Shown: positions 10,586 through 22,652, counted from the first letter of the whole stretch. The stretch: DNA of 63,388 nt, filler included, from Rhabdomonas costata (GCA_019059605.1; 30 parts of 30 records of this genome joined end to end with filler, not necessarily neighbours in it); one strand, 5' to 3'. Made by a program: numbers and translations. Notes: generated from the letters alone by a model not told the origin.

Positions 10586-12601
10586 GGTCTTCGGGAGGTT
10601 GTCTAGCGCCCACGTCAGCAGACACACCGCGGGCATCACCAAATCCAGCGATGCTGCCGTCTTTCGGCCTGTGGGACGAAGCGTGTTGTTGATGACTCTG
10701 TAGGGCGCTTGCCGAGTAGGGTCCTCCTCCCCCGCCGTCCACCACCGGCACGTTGCTACCGCAAGCGCATCGCCAGGGTATCTCTCCTGGGCCCAAGTCA
10801 GACACTGCTGAGCAAACAGCAGGGCATTCACACTGCCTGCACTGATCAGCTTGCTGGCAGCAACGAGAATAGCATCTGGCTCCTTAAGAATGTCGCTGTA
10901 TTGGAGAAGAAGTGCTTTATAGGACTTCTCCCAGTCGGTGTCGCGGGAAACGGCAGCCCCGAAGGCAAGCTCGATCTCCCCTGGAAAATAGTCGGCACAA
11001 AAGAAATAAAACAGAGGTAAAAAAAAACAGCGGGGAGCGCAGCTACCCCTTACAGACCTTTGCGTTTGGGCATCCCAGCGAAAAGAATCCTGAGAACCAG
11101 CGTTTCGAAGGCACGCAAGGCAGGCCTCAAATGTAGGGATTGCTCCATATTGGCAATTTGTCTTGGCGGTTCAAACTCCACGAAGACCAGAAAGCCCCAG
11201 CACCTTGGAAAACGCGCCAATTCACGAAAGGAGAGGAGGGCACTGCGACAGCAAACGACGAGGTACCTAGCTCTGGGATATAAAGCCGGCGTCTCTTGCT
11301 GCGCCGAAGGAAATAGTACCACAGCAGCACCCCGACGGCGATTGCGAGCAGGGTCACGCAGCCCAGCAGTGTGGCCAGAAGGACCTTCCAAAACGCTGAG
11401 TGTTTGGAAACCGCACGCCCAGTAAGCAGGGTGGTAATCAAGCCCTCCAACCCCTTCGGCAGATTCACACAATCAGGTATAGGATTACTCCGCGGTTAAA
11501 TGGGAAGTGTAGCAAGGCTTTTGTTTTTGCTCCCGGACTGCTTTAGGAGTGCTTCGCAACCACTTGAGAACCCAACAAATCTCTGCCAGTCCCCTGGCCA
11601 TCTATTTCTAAATTGAGCCGTGCGGACTCACACTGCCACAGTTATCTCCCAATGAAATACGTATTTTTGATGACTGGTCATCTTTCATCAATGCCAACTG
11701 CAAATGAAGGCAATATTGGCCACGATGCCATCACCTCACCCCCGTTCTCCTCTATCTCCGTTTGGCCGACCGAAGAAGGGAACCAGGCGGACCTGGTTAC
11801 TGTGGAAAACGCCCAGGGAAAGCCCAAAACCCATTTTTAGGAAAGCAGCGTACTATTTGAAGTTTGGCAAGGAAAAGCGTTGCAGGGTAAGCTCAGCGTG
11901 GTCCCGTTGGCGTAGGGACAGGCGTAGGCCGTGTCGGGGTCGGGGATGATGTACAGAACGGTTCGTGTGCCCGTGCCACAGCTCACGGAGCAGGACCCGT
12001 TGCGCAGAATCGGGCGGCACCGAGCTTAGAAAAGAGCAGGCGAAGTGTACTCGGTACATTCATCCTGGAAGGTCCGTACAGTCATTCTCCACCAAGGGCA
12101 AAGTGATTATACCCAAATCCTGGGCTCTGATTTCATCAAAGATCAACCCCACCACCACCACACAGCCGAATCTGGATGCAGGAGCAAAGAAAAAGTAAGA
12201 CCCTGCTTACCTCCTTACCGAGTAATAATGTCCACACTGACTGTCTGCATAATACGCTCCGCAGAGCAGGGTAATAGATATAACCGGCGGAGAGGAAAAA
12301 AGAAGTCCGGGGAAGGGGGCAAGCAAAAGCTAAAAAACGGAAGATAACACGATCTCGGAAGAGGAACGCGCGTAAATATGAACGACCCAATTGAATCAAA
12401 CAATACTTCGAAACCAGGACAAAAAGTGAACGCAGCCAGATCCTTACGAGTACAATAGGTCGAAGACGATAGAAACAATACCAGTGCAGGGCGTCGCGAC
12501 CCAAGATGGAAGAACCAAAGGGCAGACCCAACGGTTGCCACCCAGCTCCAAGCTGAGGTTATTCCTCTCAAACATCTCCGCAGTGTCATTCCCCACAAAA
12601 A
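10586..12601 (-). CDS. Single-pass receptor: LRR C-cap-like segment, thrombospondin type-1 repeat, TM helix, cytoplasmic ADP-ribosyltransferase-like domain (both ends truncated)
   Basis: Four exons joined by three phase-1 GT-AG introns: 12601-12482 (LELGGNRWVCPLVLPSW), 12024-11854 (GSCSVSCGTGTRT...CP...PCNAFPC), 11395-11267 (TM helix + RRSKRRR) and 10980-10586 (...AVATCRWWTAGE...PYRVINNTLR...VMPAVCLLTWALDNLPKT). Confidence 0.7.
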
Positions 12602-13630
12602 NNNNNNNNNNNNNNNNNNNNNNNNNNNNNNNNNNNNNNNNNNNNTTAATTAATTAANNNNNNNNNNNNNNNNNNNNNNNNNNNNNNNNNNNNNNNNNNN
12701 NTTTTTGGGTGCGTCGACTGCTTGAGAGAATTGAGTTTCTTGATCACTGCAACAAGACTAAGGACGGAAGTGACTGGTTTACAGAGTAAAATACAGCCTG
12801 TCCATTTTCGACCCCACATAAACGCAATTCTCTCAAGCAGTCGACGCATCGAAAAACGGACTATTTAGGGTGGCCCAACCCTCTTTTAATACATTCGTAC
12901 ATTCGGAACTCCAGAAAGTGCTCTTGGCTAAGAAAGAGAGAAGTCATCGTGATGCGGGTGAATGGGAGCGACCTGCAGGGCGGAGGGCTTGTTGAGGCTC
13001 GAGAAATGACATCCATAGGGTCCACTGCAGGCCCAGAGGAGGCCAGGGCGTCTTCGAGCTCCGCTGCGTGCGAGCAAAGTGTGGGCACGGTCGTTGCCTG
13101 CGCGAGCAACCTTGCGGCTATCACATCGATCAAACTTGCTGTATGCGGAGTTTCTGCGAACTGCAGCGGGCGTGAGGCCCAAGGCCAGATAAAAATTAAT
13201 GGCAGCGACAAAACGCAAAGTCTGAATGTCGAGCAGCTCTTTTTTAACACACCACAAAAATACTTGCAGGTTGCAAGGGAAAATATTATGGTGGGAATCC
13301 CAGGCGCAGTAATCATACCACAAGACTAACCCCCGTGTTCGTCCAATAGTAAGAGGAAAGCAGGACAGCAAGAGGAAAGCACCTCCCCACAGAAAGAAAA
13401 CAGTGCGGAAGGAACTCTGTTTTCTGGGTCCTTTTTTTTGCAGTAACTTTAGCCGGGCCTCTTTTTCTCCTATCGCAGAAACAAACAAGTGGGCTACATG
13501 CTACATGTGAAAATCGCGGTGGAGAGGAAAGGAGAGACATGGAGTTCTGAGTTACGTACAATGTCAGCTGCTTTAGTTCGGTCAAACGCACGGTGGCGTG
13601 GATACCCATTGAGCCCCGGGATGCGGGCAG

Positions 13631-13781
13631 AGAGGTGCACGGCGAGAACAGTGAAGTGGAGGAAGTGGAGGAGGAGGAGGTAGTGGTCACGGCCTTCGCT
13701 GCCAACGGGGGTTTTACCGCGGAGTTCGGCCCTGCGGAGCTCGGCCCGTTGTCCATCAAGTTGGGGTCGCTGCCGTACAAG
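13631..13781 (+). CDS. Probable internal exon of an uncharacterised gene (acidic stretch)
   Basis: CAG acceptor, GC-rich codon usage (EVHGENSEVEEVEEEEVVVTAFAANGGF...LPYK), ending at AAG|GC. Confidence 0.35.
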
Positions 13782-15132
13782 GCGTGTAGGGAGGCTACCA
13801 GGCTCTCCCTCCAGGGCTGCAAATGCGCGATAGTAAGAGAGAAGCCGTATGCCGTATTTCCAACCATTGCATCCTACAAGCAATACTTCGTTTCGGGGTG
13901 TGTGTGTCTGTTGCTGCACACCACCTGACCTTTTTTTTTTGCAAAACTTTTAACCGGGCTTTGCCGCTCCTTGCCTGTGGCGCCTTCTGTTCCTGCCGCT
14001 TTTGATTTTTTAAAGGGCCTTGCTGCACATAGTTGCTCCGCACTGATCATTGCAACATTGACAGATAGCTATAGGTATATGCACAAGCCCCAATACCCAT
14101 ACGACTTTAATTGGGCATATTGTGAGCAAGGCCTACGAAGAAAACGGCACGGGAGACCCTTCCAAGGAAGCAGCCGGCACAGACACGCACTCACCCGTGC
14201 CGCCGAGGGCCCAAATTTCTGCAGCTGCTCGTTCCAGCCCCGGTGCGCAGCAACCGCGAAAATCCCTAAAAGGTATTCGTCCCCCACGAAAGAAACAGAA
14301 AAGGAGAGGAAGGATTGAAAGCAAACGACCCAATTGACCCGTGTGCAGCTCTTGGGCTTGGGATATCTTTCGATTTTTCATCCATCTCTGGGGAACGCCG
14401 CTGCTTTCTGCCTTTCTTCTTTCAGCTCTCTCTCTCTGTCTCCAAAATCCACGGCGGTCATCCCTGATACTAAGCAACACTGTGGATTGCTGATCATTGA
14501 CGGACCAGTGAGACAGCATTAGCTTCGGCGTGGAGTCAGCATCGGGAGAAGCTGAGGCACGAACAAAGTTTGAGGGCGCATTTTCGAGGCCAAAAGAAAA
14601 CGAAGAAAAAATGCGGCGGGAAAAAAAAGAAAAAAGAATGCAAGGAGGTTGAGGTGCGAGCGGGGGGCAGACACACCTTCAACCACAAAGAGGTGGATGA
14701 AGGTGTGTCTACCCCCCNNNNNNNNNNNNNNNNNNNNNNNNNNNNNNNNNNNNNNNNNNNNTTAATTAATTAANNNNNNNNNNNNNNNNNNNNNNNNNNN
14801 NNNNNNNNNNNNNNNNNTGTTTTGTTTCAGGACAATGGGGGTTTAACGTTTAGCAGTGCTTAACGTTTTTGGAATTGTCGTTGCTGGGCTTTGGCAGACA
14901 TTTTAGTTGCGAAGCCAGCTCCGCGACGGCCGGAGCGGGCGGATAGATTGGGATGTTCCATGGGGTGGGCAATGTTCCGTTTAGCATTGCTAAATGTTTA
15001 GCGTTGCTAAACGTTCGAATCAGAGACGTTTTTAGGGATACTATTTTCAGGTCACGGGGTTTTAATTGTGTACCTCTCACCAGGCCCCTCATTTGTGCCT
15101 TTGTTGCCGCGACCCCCACTGTCTTTGCATAG

Positions 15133-16081
15133 GTTGAGGTGGACCCGGTGTCTGGGCTGGAGGTGAAGTCCGTGCCGGTGTCCTTGGTGTCCGAGGAGGC
15201 CGACACGGTGTGCATCGCGGTGGCCTGCGACCGCCTGTTCATGCTCCTCCCGGCCACCCCACACCGCCTCAGCGAGCTCTGCCGCCGCAGCTTGGCCCCG
15301 CTGGCCTCTCTGGCATGCCCTCTTTCAGGGAGCAGGCCGCTCACGGGCGGTGGACGGGTGGGGGTTTCTGACCGAAGTCTTGTTTTAAAATCGTATTGAA
15401 GGAAGGCAAGAGTAAGAAGCGATGTCGGGGATCCACAGCTGGGGTCAGAAAGCAGAGGCGAGGAGAGGGGTGCTGTGGGAGGTTTGGCCTACAAAAGAAG
15501 GCTTCCCCCCTGTCTGCAGCCACCACTACCCACTACTATACCACAGCAGAGCAAATGCGAAGGTCAGTGGCTTGGTGTTGTTTCTCCTTTTTTCTGCAGC
15601 AAGTCCAGGAAGTGGGTGGAACATGGGTGTGTGTGTGTGTGGAGGATGATATCGTTCATGTTATCAGCACCACCGCACAGGTCACCTCGCCTGCCACCTT
15701 GCGTTGCATCTTTGCCTTCTCCCCATACATACATACCACTCCCCATCTAGCCGCGGTTCTTTTGCGTCATTTCGAGGTTTTTCAAGGAGCTCTGCCCAAA
15801 GTTCGGTGATTCACCACTCAACGTTGTCAGGAGTGGAACAGGAACCCCCAAAGATCTCCTCCACAGTAATGACTCAGGTGCATGTTCCTGTGTGGTCACG
15901 GGAGTGAATGGGTCGCGGTGGTGGGCAGACCGCAACGCTGCACCCCTTGGCGGAGGCAGAGCCCAAACAGACTTTCCTGCTTGGCACCCCGACGAAGCTG
16001 CTGGTTCTGGCCTCCGTTCGCGGGCAGGGCCACGACGAGCTGTGGGAGCTGGCTCTTCCGCCCCTGGTGCAATCTGCAGAG
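15133..16081 (+). CDS. Internal exons of an uncharacterised gene
   Basis: Exons 15133-15312 (VEVDPVSGLEVK...LASL, GC donor) and 15929-16081 (TATLHPLAE...QSAE, GT donor); both are multiples of 3 with GC3-rich codons. Confidence 0.45.
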
Positions 16082-17206
16082 GTTTGCTTTTTTGGGGGGG
16101 GGGGCGCTGCTCTGTTGTCGTTTTTGTTGCGGTCTATTGGTAGAGGTGCGGTACCCTAACTGGAGGCTGGGTGTAAACATACCATGCGTAACTTACGTTA
16201 CGTGTTCGGTAATGATGTGTGACTCACTTGTCCCTCGATGAAACCCCTCCCCTGCCCAAAAAGATCAACCCAACCGAAGAAAGTTGGCTTTGGATTGGGG
16301 GGGGGTACTGGCGATACGTATCTATCTATCGACTCAAATCATACCCATGCCCATCGAAACGATGTGTGCGTGCCGCTTCCTCTTTTGAAGCGTTTCATTT
16401 TGGGTTAGCGATGTCGGGGACATCACATGTCCAGATGTGGGGCTGACCAGAGCTGTGGTTTACCGCCTCCTTCCTTCGGGCTCGCTGAAGTATCGGCAAC
16501 ACCAAAAACCGACGCGCAACTCTGAAAAGTCCCCTGGGGGGCCCGTTTATCGCAAACCTGATCCCTTGCGAGGTCAAGGCACCCCTCCCAGGGGACACGT
16601 GTATATGTATAGCAAACTCTACCCCCCCCCTGCACTTCACTTCCTCTCTATTGACATGGTCACGGTGCGCAGAATGGGCTTGGCTCCGGTAAGTGACCCT
16701 CCAGAGACGAGAAAGGACGTGACATGTGATGTTATTGGGATTCACCTCACAGATATGCACCTTGCTCATCCCCGGTGTGTGTGCCCATCGCCTGCCTCCT
16801 TATAAGTCGACAGGCGATGGGCACACNNNNNNNNNNNNNNNNNNNNNNNNNNNNNNNNNNNNNNNNNNNNTTAATTAATTAANNNNNNNNNNNNNNNNNN
16901 NNNNNNNNNNNNNNNNNNNNNNNNNNTTGTGTGGGTCACACGCTCACAACCTTCTGCCCCTAGGCCTGAGGGTCTCCCATGCTTGTTTATCCTCCCGCCT
17001 TTTCCCCTTTTCTCACTCCTCTGCTCTTTGGGAGTCATCATGGCGTAATAAGCGCTCTGTTGTCCTGTTTTACCGTTTTACCTGCTGTGTGGTGGGAGCC
17101 CCGCATTATGCTCTTGGATCAAGCCTCTAGGGAAGCGAATACTGAGTCCAAACCTTCACAGCACACACTCTCTGTGTGTTTAGCATGGGATTCGCCCGCC
17201 TCGCAG

Positions 17207-18796
17207 GCACTGATCTACCCTCTGACCGTGGCAGCCAAGAATACCGGCGCGGGGCTGAGCATTCTGGAGGCTATGAAGGTAGCCTCTCTCCTCTTCACCC
17301 TACCGTTGCCTTGTCCCCAGATCATATCCCGTGGCATCACACAGTGGGACGGTGACTCTTCTGGCAGCACTGGTCTGTACTCGCCTGGTCTGGTCTGATC
17401 TTGGAGTCATAGTCTAGGCTGAGGCGCTCGTGCATTTATTTCCCCCTATCAAGTGCAATTACGGGCCCACTTCCCCCTGAGTAGGGAGCGTCCACCTCTT
17501 TTTGGGCTGTGAACTAGTGCTTTTATGGGCCCCTTCCGCAGTGTGCATGGGGTTAGGAGGCTATGCACGGTTTCACGGATCACAATAGAAGCTTTTGCAG
17601 GGGACTAGGGGGCGATGCCCGTGTCCTCTTTCCAGGATGTCTTGGGCCGCAGAGCGCTTTCACTTGTTCGACATGCATGTGCTGGTTTCAGCTGGTTTCT
17701 TTTTGGGCTCCGGGTTGCTGTCCCGCGTGACCGCCCCACCGGGTTTTTCTTTTGCAGGCGCACTGCCCCAACCTGGTCAGCCAGGCATCGCTGGTGTCCG
17801 AGGAGCTGATCCGGGTGGCCATCCTGTGGTCCGAGCAATGGTTCGAGGGCATCGAGCAGGCCAGCAAGGTGTACTTCCTGGAGCAGATGGGCAATGGTGG
17901 CGCACCGCCACTCTCCCCCGCCCCCAACAACTCGCACCCCACTCCGTTCGCTCGCAACGAGTCTCCCTTTCTATCACGTTTGCCTGTTTTCCTCCTGCCC
18001 GTGAGTTCTTCTGAAACTATCGGGTGCTCCGTCGTAAGGCGTAAGAAAAGAGAAGCCCAAATGTCCCGCGAAACCCAAACGAGCCTTGAAGAAATGTTCT
18101 TGGTGGGCACCTGAGCGCTCACCGCCGGGCGCAGTGCTCTGCACTTCGAGTTCCCCTTCATTGTCCATTAAGAAGATGAAGGATCCTGCCAAAGCTTCAC
18201 CTGGCGGCCCCCCGCCTCGGGCTGTAACTGCGCTGGGTATGTCTGTTGTGGGCATGTGCAAACGGAATTGTAAGAGGTTGATGTGATGGGGGGGGGATGT
18301 GCAGTGGAAGCGATGCTGGCGGTGTTGACGCCCCTGCACTCCATGATGCAGACCGCGGAGACGGAGACCGAGCGCGAGTTTCTGAGCCAATTTGGGCAGG
18401 ACCTGCAGGAGGCCCACAACTGGTGCAAGATGTTCCGGCAGACCAAAAAGCAGCCGGACCTCAACAAGGCACCCCATCTCTGCCCATCCCACTCTCCTGT
18501 GACAGCCACTTCACCGCGTCCTTTCCCCAAGCTGACTCGTTTTCCTGAACCCTTCATCACAAAATCAGTACGATAGGGTGGGAGAGGGGATGGGGGCGGT
18601 GTCATGGTGACAGGCGTGGGATCTGTACTACCACGTCTTCCGGAGACTGAACAAGTTCCAAAGCATGAACACCCTGGAGCTGAACAGTGTGAGCCCCAAG
18701 CTGGTGGCCTCGCAGAATCTCGAGCTGGCGGTGCCCGGGCAGTACCGCGCCAATGAGAAGCCCCCGTGCATCGCCAGCTTCTCCCCAACCCTCAAG
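17207..18796 (+). CDS. TOR: Target of rapamycin kinase: end of FAT, FRB domain, start of kinase domain
   Basis: Exons 17207-17278 (ALIYPLTVA), 17758-17896 ([28 protein letters not shown]), 18305-18468 ([12 protein letters not shown]...DLQEAHNWC...DLNK) and 18614-18796 ([11 protein letters not shown]...[10 protein letters not shown]...LELAVPGQY). Colinear with the mTOR FRB region. Confidence 0.97.
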
Positions 18797-19059
18797 GCAT
18801 CGCTTCTCCCCCATATCCAGCCCTCTACCCCACTCGCCCTCCACCACGCTGTGTCTGTATTTTGGTGAAATCTGTACCAAGCCGATGCATCCCTTCCATC
18901 CGGAGTCCACTCCCAAAAAAAACGCCTTTCCCACCCCAAACCNNNNNNNNNNNNNNNNNNNNNNNNNNNNNNNNNNNNNNNNNNNNTTAATTAATTAANN
19001 NNNNNNNNNNNNNNNNNNNNNNNNNNNNNNNNNNNNNNNNNNGTGGGGTGTGCACACAG

Positions 19060-19667
19060 CGGTGTCCTACGCAGTGGAGGTGCGTCTGCCGATGTGCGAC
19101 CCTCCTCCGGAGATTCCCAACGACCTCCGTGAGGCAGACAAGTGCCGAGAGACACGAGCCAAGGTGAGGGGACGAGTTGGGGTGGGATATGTTGGTTCCC
19201 ATCTGCTGTGTTCACATATTGTACGAAAGGGAAAGGCGGTAATTGACAAAAAGAGTAAACATTGCAGTTTAAGTGGAAGGGAAAACCAGAGAGAGCAGAA
19301 GAAAAATAATGGGTTGAGGGGCAAGGTGGGTTGCGAACCAACGGCAGGGCAAAAAGTTGTGCACTTGGACAATACAACGATAATGAAGAAACGCAAAGCA
19401 AACACACGCGTATGTTTTGTTTGGGCATTCCGCTGGGCTGTTCATGGACTCTGTTGCCAGTGCAACTTTTGCTCTCCTCCTCGGCAGCTGCAGCGGTGGT
19501 CTTTTTTATGAACGTGTGTCGCCTCACAGACGGAGGTTTTCTGCGGCACCTGCGGAAAGTTGACGGTGTGCTTCTATGAGTCGCGGCAGATGCGCTCTGC
19601 GGACGAGGGGCACACCATGCTGTATACCTGTACCGTGTGCGGCACCAATTTCCAGGAGAACACGTGA
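19060..19667 (+). CDS. RPA12: RNA polymerase I subunit RPA12, C-terminal TFIIS-like zinc ribbon
   Basis: Exons 19060-19163 and 19530-19667 give ...RAK|TEVFCGTCG...RQMRSADEGHTMLYTCTVCGTNFQENT*. RSADEG is the RPA12-type motif; RPC11 and TFIIS have RSADEP. Confidence 0.88.
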
Positions 19668-20454
19668 TCCTCGCCCCCGTCTGACGGTCTTCCTGTTGCG
19701 AAGCGGGAGGGAGTGCGGTGTCGCAGTTACGCTGCTGTCCTTCGGCGACTGTCACACTGTCCCTCTTGCACACCACTGGATGTGCCTACCTTCATGCTTT
19801 TCACCCTTGGGGCCACCCTGTTAGGCCTTTGCGGCCGAATGAAATTCTTCTCTGATTTTATTCTATAATTTGGTATGGTTTGATTGCCTATGGTTTTGCA
19901 TGAGGTTGTGTCATTTATGTATCTGAATTATTAGGGGGGGGCCTCAGGAGAAAGGAGCCTTGCACTCTTCAGAAAGGCTCCTGTGGCGCAATAAGAACCC
20001 CGTAAGGGCCTGCACAAATTACCAGGGTATGCCAGGTTGCATGACCTAATAGAGTCTCGGTGGTTTTAAAGCATTTGTGCGGGAAGGGGTTTAAGGGGCA
20101 AGGGGGGGACCAGAAGGCATCGAAAGGGCGGAGGCTGTGTCTTTCTAAACAGGCATCGCGCCAAGGATTCTCGCTAAAACAAATCTGATCCCGTCTGAGC
20201 TAGCATCTCCAAGCTTCCGTTAGGGTTGACTGGCAGCATCAGCGGCGGGGGCGGTTGTGGTGGTTGTGTGGGTACTTTTCGTTCTGGAGGTGCGTGCGGG
20301 TTTCTCTTTGGCCCCAATCCACAGCTGTCTGTTGTTCTTTTTTTGCTGTGCATTTGCCTTGTTCTTCTCTCATTGTCACCCTTACCTCGTTCCCCCCCCC
20401 CCGCTCCCGCGTCCTCGCGGATTACCTCCTTACTGTGATATCCCTTTCGATATC

Positions 20455-21024
20455 ATGCGTCTTCTTCACGTGCCGTTTGTTGTTTTGTGCGCTGCGTTTG
20501 CCCTTTCTGGAAGCTCCGGTGCTGGCCTGTTCCTCGGCACTCCCTCACCCGCCTCCTTCACACCAGCAGATGTGTCTTTCTTTGATGGAGTCTCCGCCGC
20601 CTTCGGCGAGCTCAACTCCGCTAGTGGCCTCAACGGGCAGACCCTTGTCCTTCACTCCGCGATCAACTCCAGTACCCTGGCCATAGTCTTTCCCAACTGC
20701 TCCGCGGCCACCCCGGTCCCAGCCAACCTCACCTTGGTCTGTGGGCGAAGCACGGTGTCTCCTGCCCCGGTGGGAGTGAGCCTGTTCCCGTCGTTTCAGG
20801 ACGAGGTTGTGGCAGTTGTTGACTTCCTGACGCGGGGCCAGAACCTCACAGATTTTGCCGTGGTGTGGGCCACAGGGTCGGCAGAGGGGCCGGCGCAGCG
20901 CACCGCCGTGCAAAGCGTTCTGGAGACTATCAACCTCAGCGCGGTGAACAGCTCTGGATTTGTTGAAGGCGGGGACAAGGTGCCCACAATGGCTGTCCTG
21001 GCCAATTCTGTTATCCTGCCCCAG
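20455..21024 (+). CDS. First exon of a signal-peptide protein with a periplasmic-binding-protein type 1 (Venus flytrap)-like ectodomain
   Basis: Signal peptide MRLLHVPFVVLCAAFALSG; DGVSAAFGELNSASGLNGQTLVL and SLFPSFQDEVVAVVDFL...FAVVW resemble PBP1/LIVBP motifs seen in euglenozoan receptor cyclases. GT donor at 21025. Confidence 0.65.
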
Positions 21025-21620
21025 GTGCTTTCCCTTGCTTCTAAGCCACCCCCAACACNNNNNNNNNNNNNNNNNNNNNNNNNNNNNNNNNNNNNNNNNN
21101 NNTTAATTAATTAANNNNNNNNNNNNNNNNNNNNNNNNNNNNNNNNNNNNNNNNNNNNATATCGGGCCGGTCGTGGTGGGGTCAACACCTATTCTTTGTT
21201 TTTGGCTATGCGGTGCTTGTTGTTTTGCCGAAAAGGTTTCTGTTGAGGATGAAGGTAGACGCACGGCGTTGGAATGTTGTAACCAGTCAAGCCGCGGCCA
21301 TGTTACCTTTGGGCCAGCGCCACACACCGGTGAATGGACGCCAACTCCGAGCCGCTTTCTGTGTCTAACTCACTTTTTAATTGGTGGTTGGAGCTGCTCT
21401 TTACGCCTGAGATTGTGTGCTGCCACTTGACCCTCATCCCAACGTTGGTGCATCACAACCACACTCAGTCTTCTGTATACTGTTCTTCGTGTGTGCTTTT
21501 TGCTTCTTTCTTTTGTTTTTAATGGGCTTCAACTCGTAAACTGCTGTGTGTTTCTGGTGGCTATGCAAGTGACAAACACCGAGGCTTCCTGACCCAGGAC
21601 ACCTTCCCCGCAAATTAGCA

Positions 21621-22652
21621 ATGCCCCCGTCCTCGTCGTCATGGCGGGGCCGAGACCAGCCTCGGTACTATGCCGACCTGAACCTCACTGACGGCGCCCC
21701 CGTGGAGGAGGTGAAGAGGCAGTACCGGGTTTTGGCCATGAAGTATCACCCAGGTCGATACCACCTCGTACTCTCGAAAGGGAGCTGCTTGGGAGCTGCA
21801 TTCTCCTCTTCTGCCTATATTGCGTGCTCTGTGTGCTGCTGCTGCTTCGTATCTGGAATGCGGAGAAAAGCTGAAACAAGAACGAATGGATGAGAAGAGC
21901 GTCGTGGGTTGGCACTACGGAATATTACAAACTACCTTTGGCGGCGGCAGTTCGCACTCATTCAAACCTGCAAAGCGCCATTTTATATATCTCTTCAGGT
22001 TCAACACCGCATCTTGTTGGCCATTTTTACTCTTAAATGGGTGGATCAGGTTTGGGATTTTGGCAGTGAGTTGCGAGATTTGTCTCCTTTCGGCTTGCCC
22101 TCAAAAAACCTATTGATAGTAATGTGAGTCTGTTTCTCTTGAAAGAGTGCTGACATCATGTCATGCCTGCCTTTGATCCTGTGAGGGATATTACGTGCTT
22201 CGCCATGGTTTCACCTATGTTGTCTTTTCAGATAAGAATGGGAGCAAGGAAGCTCATGAGAAGGTGCCCGCCATATTTGTGTTTCCTGCCTTGGTAGCTG
22301 TTGAGTTTTTTGAGGAGATGTTTGGGGAACAACAGCCTTCGAGTTTGAGTGGGCTTATCCTCAGCGTTATTTACTTGCTGAATGCCTTTCCTTTGAACCG
22401 CAACGGGTGTCTGTTGCATGATGCTTTGATGCAGAGAGCACGTGGCTTACCGAGCTTAGCGGCCCCTATGCGGTCAGGCGTGCTTAATCTTCGGCCTGGG
22501 AAGGTTATCATCGGCAGTGTTGCGTTGGTGTGGCCTCCATTGTACTGCGATTGGTTGTTTGTATTGGGTTCTGCAGATGGCGAAGATAAACGCGGCGTAC
22601 GCTGTCCTCAGCGACGCTAAGAAAAAGGCAGAGTACGACACCCAGTTCTGTG
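21621..22652 (+). CDS. DnaJ/Hsp40 J-domain protein, 5' exons
   Basis: Exons 21621-21753, 22232-22263 and 22577-22652 give YYADLNL...[47 protein letters not shown]. The HPD motif is restored across the first intron. Confidence 0.93.

Noticed and set aside
11058-11089. AG/GT-bounded 32-nt candidate exon within the receptor-ART gene
   Set aside because: Including it shifts the frame into a stop; direct joining of 11267 to 10980 preserves the frame.
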